Below are positions 1-9,381 of a stretch of DNA of 64,000 bases, in pieces (the first letter of the stretch is position 1; every line of letters starts with the position of its first letter). Under the pieces are notes generated by a model that saw nothing but the letters and a program-made list of their open reading frames with translations, ran no database searches and was not told the origin of the DNA. Source of the DNA: Chlorobiota bacterium. Lineage in GTDB: Bacteria > Bacteroidota > Bacteroidia > Bacteroidales > JAADJA01. The stretch spans positions 5,749 to 69,748 of the forward strand of contig JAADJA010000171.1 of assembly GCA_013151015.1 (NCBI GenBank), in the 5' to 3' direction. The position numbers were made by a program, and so were the translations under genes.

Positions 1-77
1 TTTCCGGGTATTTTAAGGGGCTGTCCATTCCTTCAAGTTGAATTAAGAATTGCGTGACCAAAAATAATAAAAAAGAC

Positions 78-206
78 TGACATTCCGAACTAATGCGCTG
101 GCAAGTGTGGCAGGGTGAGGAATCCCCTTGCTATTACGGCTGCCACTATTGGCGTTTATTGCCTTGCGGTCTTTCATAGTGGGGGGATTCCTCCTTCCTA
201 CTGCCA
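78..206. repeat. Palindromic MITE/REP-like element, copy 1 (right terminal IR lost)
   Basis: TGACATTCCGAAC...GTGAGGAATCCCC...GGGGGATTCCTCC; aligns by eye with 20556-20707 (same orientation) and 16747-16878 (inverted). Confidence 0.7.
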
Positions 207-332
207 GGATTTGATTATCATTGTCAAAAGGAGCAAGTCTTAGGTGCCTTTTAAAATTTATTAACGATAAAACATTGATAAGCATTTTGGTTTTGCCTAA
301 TTTTGTCCGTCTAACTTAAAAATTCAAGTATT

Positions 333-1064
333 ATGAAAAGGATTAATGTTTTTGCAATCATCGCATTATTTTTTGTAACGGGCTTTTCAGCTTCTGCGCA
401 GGAAGGGAAAAATGGTTTTTTCGAAGAGACCAAAGGGAGTTATGTTGACAAAGGCTATTATGTCGATGGCAAGAAAGACGGCGCATGGGTGACAGAGATG
501 AAGAACGGGAATATTTTTAAGATCGAATCGTACCGGAATGGGATCAAAGAGGGTGTTTTCCTGAAATTCGATCAAAAGAAGGGCTTTGTTTCAAAACAGG
601 CATATTATAGAAACGGAAAATTGAACGGACTGGAAGTTGAGTACTCCAAGGCCAACAAGCCCCACTCAAAAATCAATTACAAAGATGGCATTATCGATGG
701 CAAGAAAACACTTTATTACGACAATGGTAAAATGCAGGAAGATTCACAGTATAAAAACGGAAAAAAAACAGGATTGTCGAAATGGTTTGACCAAAACAAT
801 AAACTGATTGCCATTTATTCTTATAAGGACGGCAAGTTCAACGGCACCAACAAAACTTTTTACCCAAACGGGAATGTCCAGAAAGAAGAGACCTATAAGA
901 ACAATGTCCTCGATGGGCCTTACAAAGAATTCTTCCAGACCGGGAAAAAGAAAGTAACGGGCAGTTTTATAAATGGTTTTAAAGATGGCGAATGGATTAC
1001 CTATGATGCGCACGGAAAGGTTACCGAGACGCTTACTTTTGAAAAAGGCGAAAGAAAACAATAA
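333..1064 (+). CDS. MORN-variant repeat (YwqK-like) exported protein
   Basis: Signal peptide; repeated Y(K/R)NGKxxG...YYxNG units. Confidence 0.85.
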   Translation: MKRINVFAIIALFFVTGFSASAQEGKNGFFEETKGSYVDKGYYVDGKKDGAWVTEMKNGNIFKIESYRNGIKEGVFLKFDQKKGFVSKQAYYRNGKLNGLEVEYSKANKPHSKINYKDGIIDGKKTLYYDNGKMQEDSQYKNGKKTGLSKWFDQNNKLIAIYSYKDGKFNGTNKTFYPNGNVQKEETYKNNVLDGPYKEFFQTGKKKVTGSFINGFKDGEWITYDAHGKVTETLTFEKGERKQ

Positions 1065-1070
1065 AGATAT

Positions 1071-1574
1071 ATGTCAAAAAAAAACATGGATAAAAAACGT
1101 AAACTAACAAACCCTTATCTAAATACAGAGGGCTACAACTGTTTCGGCTGTTCGCCGGACAACAAACTTGGACTACAGATGGCATTTACCGAAGAGGGCG
1201 AACATATTGTTTGCCGATGGGTGCCGAAGAACCATTTTTCAGGCTATAAGACCATGTTGCATGGTGGGGTACAGGCCACACTTATGGATGAAATCGCAAG
1301 TTGGATCGTACAAGTAAAGCTGGATACGTCAGGGGTTACTGCCAAAATGGATATCCGGTATATCAAGTCGGTTTCCGTTACGGAGAAAATGCTGACATTG
1401 AAGGCACATATCGAAAAACGCTTTCATAACCTGGCCTATATAGATGTGGAACTCCTGAACGAAAACGATGAAATATGCAGCACGGCAAAGCTGATTTATT
1501 ATCTTTACCCTGAGGATGTTGCGAAAAAGGATTTTTTTTATCCCGGTTCTGAAAGTTTTTTTGCAAAACCATAG
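1071..1574 (+). CDS. PaaI-family hotdog thioesterase
   Basis: CFGCSPDN..GL and HGGVQATLMDE motifs. Confidence 0.9.
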   Translation: MSKKNMDKKRKLTNPYLNTEGYNCFGCSPDNKLGLQMAFTEEGEHIVCRWVPKNHFSGYKTMLHGGVQATLMDEIASWIVQVKLDTSGVTAKMDIRYIKSVSVTEKMLTLKAHIEKRFHNLAYIDVELLNENDEICSTAKLIYYLYPEDVAKKDFFYPGSESFFAKP

Positions 1575-2386
1575 ATGTCGAAACCCGGGGGTTCTTTGCC
1601 GATCCATAGGATAATCAAATTCCCGGGTTTTGAAAGGAAAAGAAAATCATTTCCATTTTTTATTAATAAACTATCTTGCATTCCGTTGAGAAGAAATCGT
1701 TGGGCCATTTTAACCCAATCCTTTGGAGGCAGTAAAAATCCACAACCTGTATAAATCACCGAATCAGCTTGAAAACCATTCAGGGAAATTGGGTTTTCAA
1801 TACCAGGAGCAAATCCGCTTAATTTATTTTGGTAATATTCGTTGATTTTTGTTCCGGTTGCCCTTTCTACAATCAGGCAACACAATTCCGTGATTACTTG
1901 AAATGTGTCATTTATGGGAGTTTTGATTTCCAAAAGGCCCTCAGGAATAGGTAAAGCTTTACTATCTGCCGAACCCAAATTCAAAAAACCCGCTAAGTTT
2001 ACCAAAGAAAATCCTTTTTCGGGAAGTTCAGGCAAATACTTGCGTACAGGCTCATTTGTCGAATAAACATATCCTTCGTTAAGGGCAGTTTCAAGTAAAC
2101 TAAGTGCTGTCAAACGGTCAATCAGGAGAGAAAAATGTTTTGTGGTTTCGCCGCTATCGGCAAAAAAGTGTTCTATTATCAAACTATCGGCCTGTATGAT
2201 AACGATGGCTTTTGTATTTCCCTCATTAACGTAAGCTTCAACGATTGAATCTGAAATGCCAATATCTTTATTTAGAAATCGAATTTGACCCTGATTTGCA
2301 TAGGCAGTACCAATCAGGATAAAACTGACAAATGCCATAATCACTAAGTTTTTGAAACAATTAAAACCTTTTTTGACTTTTGCCAT
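1538..2386 (-). CDS. Degenerate beta-lactamase-like serine hydrolase homologue, catalytic SxxK absent
   Basis: Signal peptide; family-like segments AIVIIQADSLIIEHFF and EGYVYSTNEPVRKYLPEL; FSLLIDR where SxSxAK is expected. Confidence 0.6.
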   Translation of the reverse strand: MAKVKKGFNCFKNLVIMAFVSFILIGTAYANQGQIRFLNKDIGISDSIVEAYVNEGNTKAIVIIQADSLIIEHFFADSGETTKHFSLLIDRLTALSLLETALNEGYVYSTNEPVRKYLPELPEKGFSLVNLAGFLNLGSADSKALPIPEGLLEIKTPINDTFQVITELCCLIVERATGTKINEYYQNKLSGFAPGIENPISLNGFQADSVIYTGCGFLLPPKDWVKMAQRFLLNGMQDSLLIKNGNDFLFLSKPGNLIILWIGKEPPGFDIYGFAKKLSEPG

Positions 2387-2456
2387 AATCCTATTTTGTT
2401 AATTCATTGTTGAAACAAAAGTAATTTAATTTGGACTTTTACTTCAATTAATAATC

Positions 2457-2464
2457 TACATTTG
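2457..2464 (+). promoter_or_regulatory. Bacteroidota sigma70 -7 element
   Basis: TACATTTG (TAnnTTTG) directly upstream of the riboswitch. Confidence 0.6.
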
Positions 2465-2471
2465 CAACGCA

Positions 2472-2656
2472 ATTATGGTGCACTTGCCTTGAAACCCAGG
2501 GCAAGTCTGAAAAGGGAATGCCGTGCTCCCGTCAATCTGGAAATTCGGCAACAGTACCCGCTGCTGTGATCGTCATTGACTTTTTGAAATTCTTAGCCAC
2601 TGTTCATTTGGATGGGAAGGCTTTCAAAAAAGGGCGTAAGTCAGAAGACCTGCCAG
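2472..2656 (+). promoter_or_regulatory. Cobalamin riboswitch
   Basis: Conserved blocks in the expected order: GGTG, AAAAGGGAA (2510), CCCGCTGCTGTGA, GCCACTG (2596), TGGGAAGG (2613), AAGTCAGAAGACCTGCC (2638); precedes btu-like genes. Confidence 0.95.
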
Positions 2657-2768
2657 GTTGTCGAATTATTTCAAGCTTTCGGGATAAAAGCTATGGGTAA
2701 ATGACCAAATCATCTATTCAAAGAATTTTCCTGTAAGTTTTTAGTGTTAAACCTTTAAACTTTACAAA

Positions 2769-4475
2769 ATGAAGAAAAATTACATCTTACGGGCAATGAC
2801 CTTATCCGTTGCAGTAGTGTTTGCATTAAACCTGAATGCACAGTTTTACACAAATCAATTAATAGTCGGGAACGGAGGGATTTATGGCGATCCTTCCGAC
2901 CATGTCACGGTTTCGGCCTATAATCCCGATGGGCAAACAACAACTTCCTTTGGCGATATCCAACGTGAATCCATACAGGATTTGATTATCCATGGGAATT
3001 ACGCATACGTTGCCGCCGAGGATTCCATCGTGAAATTCAATATTGACACATATGAGAAAGTCGCTGCCGTTTACGAAAGCAATCTGAACCAACTGTTTTG
3101 TAAAAACGGATTGTTGTACGTTAGCAGGCGTTCCGACATAAACGGCCCTCCGGCAGATGGGGTTTATCTGAAGGTGTTCAATGCCGGGGACTTGGCCCTC
3201 GTTGGTTCCGTAAATGGAATTTCAGGCGATGCCAATGGGATCGTGGTGGAATCGGATACGGTTTACTTGGCCGTTTCGGGAGACTGGCAGGCAACGGAAG
3301 GCAAATTTGCTGTGATCGACAACAGTTTCAACCTGGTTCGTGAAATGGATTTTGGTGCGGATGCAGTTGGGATATTTGATTTGTATTCCGATGGCAACAA
3401 TATTTATTCGGTGAACCGCAGCCCTTATGGGAGTATGAGTGGGTCGGTTTCCACTTATTCCATTTGGACAACTTTGTTCACCACAACCGTTTTTGACAAT
3501 GTAGTAGGAAAGGGGGTTGCAAAATCCAATAACGCATTGTACTTGATGCTGGACAATGGCATTGGTTCCTACGACCTTGGCACGAATGAAGTCCTCGAAA
3601 CATCCATTGTGCCCGATCCGGGTTCCTCCGATTTCATTTACATTGCAGATGCTGCTTTTGATTACCTGAACCAATTGTTTTATGTTACGCTTACCGATTA
3701 TTTTTCGATGGGAGAAGGAAAGATTTATGATATGGAGGGGACGGAAACCGGGACATTTGATGCAGAAGTTTCTGCCGAGGCAGTTGCACTTGATTTCAGG
3801 ATCAATGATTTTGCATGGGAAGATGTGGAATATTGGATTGGTGAAGGCGGAAACAAAGCCCTTTTCGTGGTTGACTGGAACGATGGCACCGAACCCGAAT
3901 CCATTGCCTGGGGTTTTCGTTTTGAAGGGGAAACCACAGGTGAAGAAATGCTTACGGCCATTGCTGAAGCTGATGACAGATTAACAATAAACATGGCAGG
4001 TGGGTTTTTGAACGATATTATTTATTCAAATGGATATGCCCATGAAGGTATCGGCGGGACAAACGGATTTTACTGGGCAACATATAGTGGCATAAATTCA
4101 GGGAATTGGTCAATGAACGCAGGCCTTTCAACATCTGTTTCCAATGGGGATTGGTTTGGGTGTTCGTTTACCGATTTTGACCCTGCGATTGTTCCCGGAG
4201 TTCCGGTTGCCGTTTCAAATCCTTTAGGTGTGCAAGTTTCGGAAGTTCCTGCCATCCATGTTTTCCCAAATCCGTTTAACGACAAAATCCAGATTGAAGC
4301 CCAAAACATTTCGGAAGTGAAAGTGTTAAACATGAATGGAAAACTACTTTATCAAAACAAATTAAACGGATGGGGCAGTTCCCGCATTGATTTGTCGGGA
4401 TTGCCAAAAGGGATGTATATTTTGCAGATGATTTCGGAAAAGGAAATGAAAGTGGAAAGGATTATTAAGCAATAA
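2769..4475 (+). CDS. T9SS cargo: BtuG/DUF5074-like beta-propeller + putative transcobalamin-like beta domain + T9SS type A CTD
   Basis: SPI signal peptide; propeller-like repeats in aa ~30-345; ~130-aa domain YWIGEG..WGFRF..YW..NGDWFGCSF; CTD VFPNP...LSGLPKGMYIL...KIIK-like end. Confidence 0.75.
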   Translation: MKKNYILRAMTLSVAVVFALNLNAQFYTNQLIVGNGGIYGDPSDHVTVSAYNPDGQTTTSFGDIQRESIQDLIIHGNYAYVAAEDSIVKFNIDTYEKVAAVYESNLNQLFCKNGLLYVSRRSDINGPPADGVYLKVFNAGDLALVGSVNGISGDANGIVVESDTVYLAVSGDWQATEGKFAVIDNSFNLVREMDFGADAVGIFDLYSDGNNIYSVNRSPYGSMSGSVSTYSIWTTLFTTTVFDNVVGKGVAKSNNALYLMLDNGIGSYDLGTNEVLETSIVPDPGSSDFIYIADAAFDYLNQLFYVTLTDYFSMGEGKIYDMEGTETGTFDAEVSAEAVALDFRINDFAWEDVEYWIGEGGNKALFVVDWNDGTEPESIAWGFRFEGETTGEEMLTAIAEADDRLTINMAGGFLNDIIYSNGYAHEGIGGTNGFYWATYSGINSGNWSMNAGLSTSVSNGDWFGCSFTDFDPAIVPGVPVAVSNPLGVQVSEVPAIHVFPNPFNDKIQIEAQNISEVKVLNMNGKLLYQNKLNGWGSSRIDLSGLPKGMYILQMISEKEMKVERIIKQ

Positions 4476-4597
4476 TAAATTAGTGCTGTTATCTTTGCAA
4501 CTTAGAACTGGAATCCTTCAAAGAGGTTTAATTTTGAAACGGTCCTTTATAATTAATTGTGTAATTTTGTATATGTTCATTTATAAAAAACTTCATT

Positions 4598-4840
4598 ATG
4601 TTAATTGATTATATCCAAGCAGCCTTAAATCATGCCAAGTATGAGATACTGGAAGAAGACAAAGCGTTTTATGGGGAAATTCCTGAATGCAATGGAGTTT
4701 ATGCACAATCGGATTCCTTAGAAGAATGCAGGGCAGAAATAGAAGAGGTTTTGGAAGAATGGGTGTTGTTCAGGATACATAAGAACCTTGATCTTCCGGT
4801 AATTGATGGTAAAGAAATTGTTATTAAAGAAACTGTCTGA
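4598..4840 (+). CDS. hicB: HicB-family antitoxin (short form)
   Basis: AKYEILE..FYGEIPECNGVYAQSDSLEECRAEIEEVLEEW; stop overlaps hicA start (TGATG). Confidence 0.9.
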   Translation: MLIDYIQAALNHAKYEILEEDKAFYGEIPECNGVYAQSDSLEECRAEIEEVLEEWVLFRIHKNLDLPVIDGKEIVIKETV

Positions 4841-5037
4841 TGCCACCATTTGGTCCAATAAACAGAAAGGATTTGGTGAGATATTTGAAGAGGGCCGGGT
4901 TTGATGGACCCTATTCGGGGGGCAAGCACCAATTTGTGGTCAAAGGGCAAATTACAATCAGAATCCCAAATCCGCATAAAGGGGACATCAGCAAATCCCT
5001 TCTTTCGAGAATTCTACGACAAGCAAAAATCAGTTAA
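4840..5037 (+). CDS. hicA: HicA-family mRNA interferase; probable premature stop (read-through to 5058 adds xQEWTKL)
   Basis: GGKHQF..KG..IRIPNPHKGDISKSLLSRILRQA. Confidence 0.85.
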   Translation: MPPFGPINRKDLVRYLKRAGFDGPYSGGKHQFVVKGQITIRIPNPHKGDISKSLLSRILRQAKIS

Positions 5038-5042
5038 CAAGA

Positions 5043-6014
5043 ATGGACAAAATTATAAAACCTATTTTCGTTTTTTCTCTAATTATTTCCTCGATTTCCG
5101 GTTATCCTCAATTCCCACCCGCAGCAGGGCAGGAGGGAAGTACGGCCATCAGCAAGGACAGCAGTGTATTTATTGCATATGCCGTGATGTGCGAGGTGGA
5201 AAGGGGCTACAAAGACATTTCCATGCCCGATTCCGGTTATGTGGATTTTGGGGAAGAAGGCAATGCGCTCGGACAGGCCGACAACAACATCATCAGTCTT
5301 GGTGATGGAGGCATTGCAACCCTGGGTTTCCATGTCCCGATATACAATGGCGAGGGTTTCGATTTTTGTGTTTTTGAAAACGCATTGAACGATACTTTCC
5401 TTGAACTGGCTTTTGTGGAAGTGAGCTCCGACGGAGAGAATTTCTTTCGCTTTCCGGCAACCTCGCTTACACAAACGGAAACACAAACAGGGACTTTTGG
5501 TGCAACGATACCTGAAAAGATCAATAACCTTGCAGGGAAATACAGGTTGTTCTTTGGAACGCCTTTCGATTTGGAAGAGATGAATAACATCCCTGGCTTG
5601 AACGTGGACAGCATCACACAAATAAGGATCATAGATGTGGTCGGTAGTATTGACGACAGCTTTGCAACTTTTGATTCCCAGGGAAATAAAATCAACGATC
5701 CCTGGCCCACCGCTTTTGCTACAGGTGGCTTCGACCTTGATGCCGTGGCCGTGATCCATAATTTGTTCAATCAGGATATTTCGGAAAACAGAGAACCGGA
5801 TTTTCGTGTTTTCCCAAATCCCGTCCTTGATCATTTGAATTTTGAAAGTAGCCGGGAATATCATATCGAACTTTTGACCCTGGAAGGAAAAATCGTTTTT
5901 AAAGCGCATTCAAAAAGACTTGTGATAGGGATGGGGGATTTCCCGAAAGGGATATACTTGTTGAAGGTTTCCAATGATAAAGGCTGTTCCATCAGGAAAA
6001 TCATAAAAAAATGA
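5043..6014 (+). CDS. BtuH-like putative cobalamin-binding domain with T9SS CTD
   Basis: SLGDGGIATLGF..IYNGEGFDFCVFEN and FVEVSSDG resemble the BtuH B12-binding domain; CTD VFPNPV...KGIYLL...KIIKK. Confidence 0.7.
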   Translation: MDKIIKPIFVFSLIISSISGYPQFPPAAGQEGSTAISKDSSVFIAYAVMCEVERGYKDISMPDSGYVDFGEEGNALGQADNNIISLGDGGIATLGFHVPIYNGEGFDFCVFENALNDTFLELAFVEVSSDGENFFRFPATSLTQTETQTGTFGATIPEKINNLAGKYRLFFGTPFDLEEMNNIPGLNVDSITQIRIIDVVGSIDDSFATFDSQGNKINDPWPTAFATGGFDLDAVAVIHNLFNQDISENREPDFRVFPNPVLDHLNFESSREYHIELLTLEGKIVFKAHSKRLVIGMGDFPKGIYLLKVSNDKGCSIRKIIKK

Positions 6015-7918
6015 GGACTCTTTCCCTGTTGTTTTTTGTCATGTTGGTCGGAAAAGCAGGTTTTCCACAGGAAGTGCTGAAGGATACGGTTTATGAACTG
6101 TCGCAGGTGCAGGTTTCTTCCGAACGAATCCACGATTTTTCCACCGGCCTGAAAATCCTTAAAATGGACAGCCTGACCCTTGACCTCAACCAGGACAAGG
6201 ACCTGGGTGAATTGCTTTCCCGTCAAAGTCCTTTGTACATCAAATCATATGGCCAGGGAGGCCTTGCCACCATTTCCTTTCGTGGAACATCTTCAGCCCA
6301 TACCGGAATTTACTGGAACGGCTTTTATTTGAACCTCCCCAACCTGGGTTCATCCGATTTATCATTGATTCCTTCCTCTTTGTTCAATTCGGTGGAAGTG
6401 CTTTATGGGGCTTCCGGGCCATTGTTCGGGAGCGGGAATATCGGAGGCAATATCCAACTGGACAACAAGCCCGTATTCATTAAAGGGATAGATGTCAACC
6501 TAAACCTTTCGGCTGGCAGTTTCAATACTTATGGGATTAATGGCTCCCTTCGATTGTCAAATACCAAGTGGTGGGGCTCAACGGCATTTACCTATAAAAA
6601 CGCAAAAAATGATTTCCCGTTCACAAACCTGAACGGCGGCAATGAAACAAGGGGGAATGCGGCTTTGTTGCAATACGGCCTGATGCAGGATGTTTACAGG
6701 AAGATCGGCGACAAACACCTGATCGGATTGTCGTTCTGGTACCAGTTTGCCGATAGGGAAATCCCGAAAACACTGGTGACGAAACCCTCAACGGCATCCC
6801 AGGACGATGAGTCTATCCGGGTTTCGGGCAGTTGGAAATATTTTCTTGCCAAAGGGACACTCAACCTGAAATCGGCATTTCTGAGGGACGATGAAAATTA
6901 TTCCGATCCTGAATCGGAAATCGAACAGAACAGGAATTCAAGAATACTGACAAAAACGTTTATCGCAGAAGCAAACTATAAGTTTAAAATCAATAGTCAA
7001 TTTGATTTCAATGCAGGGGCCAACTTTACAAATTCCGTTGGTGAAGCCACTGCATATTCAGGCAATCCACAAAGAGCGCAGTTAGGGATATTCGGGTCGG
7101 CACTATATAGATTCCCTAAAATAAATTGGAAAATCAACCTCAATCTCCGTCAGGATTTTATCGGGGGATTTGATGTCCCTTTCACCCCTTCGCTTGGGCT
7201 TGAGGGGAAAATCTGGCATTTTGTTTATGGGAAGGCCAACTTCTCCAAAAACTTCCGTGCCCCAACTTTCAACGACCTTTATTGGGAACCTTATGGGAAT
7301 AAAGACCTCCAGCCCGAAACCTCTTATAACGGGGAATTGGGCTTGTTGCTGATAAACAAAAACAAACAGGGAGCATTTTCGTCCCGGTTTTCGGGAACGG
7401 TTTACAGCTCCTTGATCGATAATTGGATATTGTGGATCCCCGTGAACAATAATTGGTCGCCCGAAAATATCCAGAAGGTTTGGAGCCGGGGTTTGGAACT
7501 GGAAGAGAAGCTTGATTTTAAGATTGGGAAATCAAGACTTAAAACTGCACTTGGCTATGCCCTGGTCAAATCGACCAATCAGGAAAAAACCGGTGAAAAC
7601 GATCAATCATTCGGGAAACAATTGATTTATGTCCCTGAACATTCCTTTTCGGGAAATGTTGATTACCTGTTCAGAAGTTTTGTATTCAGCTTCAATACCT
7701 CGTTTACGGGAAAACGGTTCGCAACCCGAGACAATGGCGAATATTTACCAGCGTTTGTAATTTCGGATTTGCAGATCGTAAAAAAGTTTTCGATAAAGAA
7801 AACCACGGTAAATATTGGTTTTGAAATAAACAACCTTTGGGGGTCGGAGTACCGGGCAATTCAATATTATCCAATGCCCGGAAGAAATTATAAACTATCG
7901 ATAAACTTTAAATTATGA
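6011..7918 (+). CDS. btuB: TonB-dependent cobalamin receptor
   Basis: Plug motifs YIKSYG..ISFRG..HTGIYWNG; NFRAPTFNDLYW; C-terminal PGRNY..F; riboswitch context. Confidence 0.9.
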   Translation: MRTLSLLFFVMLVGKAGFPQEVLKDTVYELSQVQVSSERIHDFSTGLKILKMDSLTLDLNQDKDLGELLSRQSPLYIKSYGQGGLATISFRGTSSAHTGIYWNGFYLNLPNLGSSDLSLIPSSLFNSVEVLYGASGPLFGSGNIGGNIQLDNKPVFIKGIDVNLNLSAGSFNTYGINGSLRLSNTKWWGSTAFTYKNAKNDFPFTNLNGGNETRGNAALLQYGLMQDVYRKIGDKHLIGLSFWYQFADREIPKTLVTKPSTASQDDESIRVSGSWKYFLAKGTLNLKSAFLRDDENYSDPESEIEQNRNSRILTKTFIAEANYKFKINSQFDFNAGANFTNSVGEATAYSGNPQRAQLGIFGSALYRFPKINWKINLNLRQDFIGGFDVPFTPSLGLEGKIWHFVYGKANFSKNFRAPTFNDLYWEPYGNKDLQPETSYNGELGLLLINKNKQGAFSSRFSGTVYSSLIDNWILWIPVNNNWSPENIQKVWSRGLELEEKLDFKIGKSRLKTALGYALVKSTNQEKTGENDQSFGKQLIYVPEHSFSGNVDYLFRSFVFSFNTSFTGKRFATRDNGEYLPAFVISDLQIVKKFSIKKTTVNIGFEINNLWGSEYRAIQYYPMPGRNYKLSINFKL

Positions 7919-8139
7919 TGGGGTTGATAATTTGGTAGGCTATGTGCTAACAGTTTAGATATGGTTAGTGAAATATTTGGTTTAAACAACAACAATACCA
8001 TCGCACCTATGGCGCTTGATGCAATTAAGTTGACCTGTTTTACCATGATGCCTCCAATACTGTGCTTAGTATCGGTTGGCAGTTGATTTTTGCAAAATGT
8101 AAATATAACAAGAGCCCAGGAATTAAAAGAATAGGAAAT

Positions 8140-9210
8140 ATGCAAAAAATAAAACCCTGGATTTTTAGAATTCTATTTATAGTCCCGTTCATGTTTGTAT
8201 CCTGCAATAAGGATGATAAAAAGGAAGACCCACCTCCATCGGGAAATTTTGACAATGGTGTTTTTATCATAAACGAAGGACTGTTCAATACAGGTACTGG
8301 GACGATTTCGTTCGTGAAACGCGGCAGTACCGATGTGCAGCAAAAGGTTTATCAGAAAGCAAACAATGAAATCCCCATTGGGAATATTGTGCAGTCGATG
8401 AACATAATTAATGGCAAGGCTTTCATTATGGTCAACAATGCAGATAAGGTAGAAGTTGCGAACTGGAATGATTTCAAAAAAATAAAAACCCTTGAAAACA
8501 TCCCTTATCCGGCTTATATTATCCAGGTCGATAATAATAAAGCCTATATTTCATGTTGGGACAACAAACTATTGATTGTTTCCCTTGAGAATCTTGAAAT
8601 CACTGGGGAAATAATTACCGGTACCGGCCCAACGAAAATGTTGAAAACCGGGGAAAGCATATGGGTATTGAACCAGGGAGGTCTTGGCCTCGACAGTACC
8701 ATTTCCATAATAGATAATTCAACCGATCAACTTGTGCACACCATCCCGGTTTTCCCCCGTCCGACAGGGATACAAAAAGACAAAAACGGCAATATCTGGG
8801 TGATGTGTTCCGGTCGGGGATCATGGCAGGGGGGCGATTCCAAGGGCCACTTGCTTTGCATCGACCCGGAGGATTATTCGATTATCAAGGATCTTAAATT
8901 TCCCGTTTCAACCAAACATCCCGAAAAATTGATAATTAATTCCGAAGGTGATATCTTGTTTTACAACTATCCCGATGGCATTTACAAATTTGATGTGTCC
9001 TCAGGCAATTTGGAAACTGAAGCCTTTATTGCCCATACAGGTTTTTTTTACGGATTGGCCTATGATGAAACCGACAATGTGATATACAGCTCCGATCCAT
9101 TGGATTATGTGCAAAATGGTTTGGTTTATCGCTTTGATGCCATTTCGGGTGAATTGATAAATTCGTTCAATGCAGGTGTGATACCCAGAGAATTTTATTT
9201 TTCTGATTAA
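8140..9210 (+). CDS. btuG: BtuG-like (YncE/DUF5074) surface lipoprotein
   Basis: Lipobox FVSC; FIINEG.F; GNIVQSM; FYGLA..DY.QNG.VYRF; AGVIP; ATG at 8140 preferred. Confidence 0.85.
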   Translation: MQKIKPWIFRILFIVPFMFVSCNKDDKKEDPPPSGNFDNGVFIINEGLFNTGTGTISFVKRGSTDVQQKVYQKANNEIPIGNIVQSMNIINGKAFIMVNNADKVEVANWNDFKKIKTLENIPYPAYIIQVDNNKAYISCWDNKLLIVSLENLEITGEIITGTGPTKMLKTGESIWVLNQGGLGLDSTISIIDNSTDQLVHTIPVFPRPTGIQKDKNGNIWVMCSGRGSWQGGDSKGHLLCIDPEDYSIIKDLKFPVSTKHPEKLIINSEGDILFYNYPDGIYKFDVSSGNLETEAFIAHTGFFYGLAYDETDNVIYSSDPLDYVQNGLVYRFDAISGELINSFNAGVIPREFYFSD

Positions 9211-9381
9211 AACACGTATTTTTGCCCTCCCTTAAAAAGAGCTGTTTTTGGACAGCTCCATAGGAGCGCCATTATGGTAGAATATTAGAATAAGTTCAGA
9301 GAGGTTTTGGCGGTATTTTTGCCTTTGCAAAAATAGTGACGAAACCAGTTTAATTAAGAATTTAATGAAAAACAAAAAGAT

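Noticed and set aside
333-1064. YwqK 'antitoxin' as part of a toxin-antitoxin pair
   Set aside because: Exported MORN-variant repeat protein with no adjacent toxin gene
2518-2700. 60-aa ORF
   Set aside because: Lies within the cobalamin riboswitch
5079-5909. Long antisense ORFs here and opposite clpC, gyrA, the helicase and A2M
   Set aside because: Shadows of well-supported genes, with no recognisable motifs
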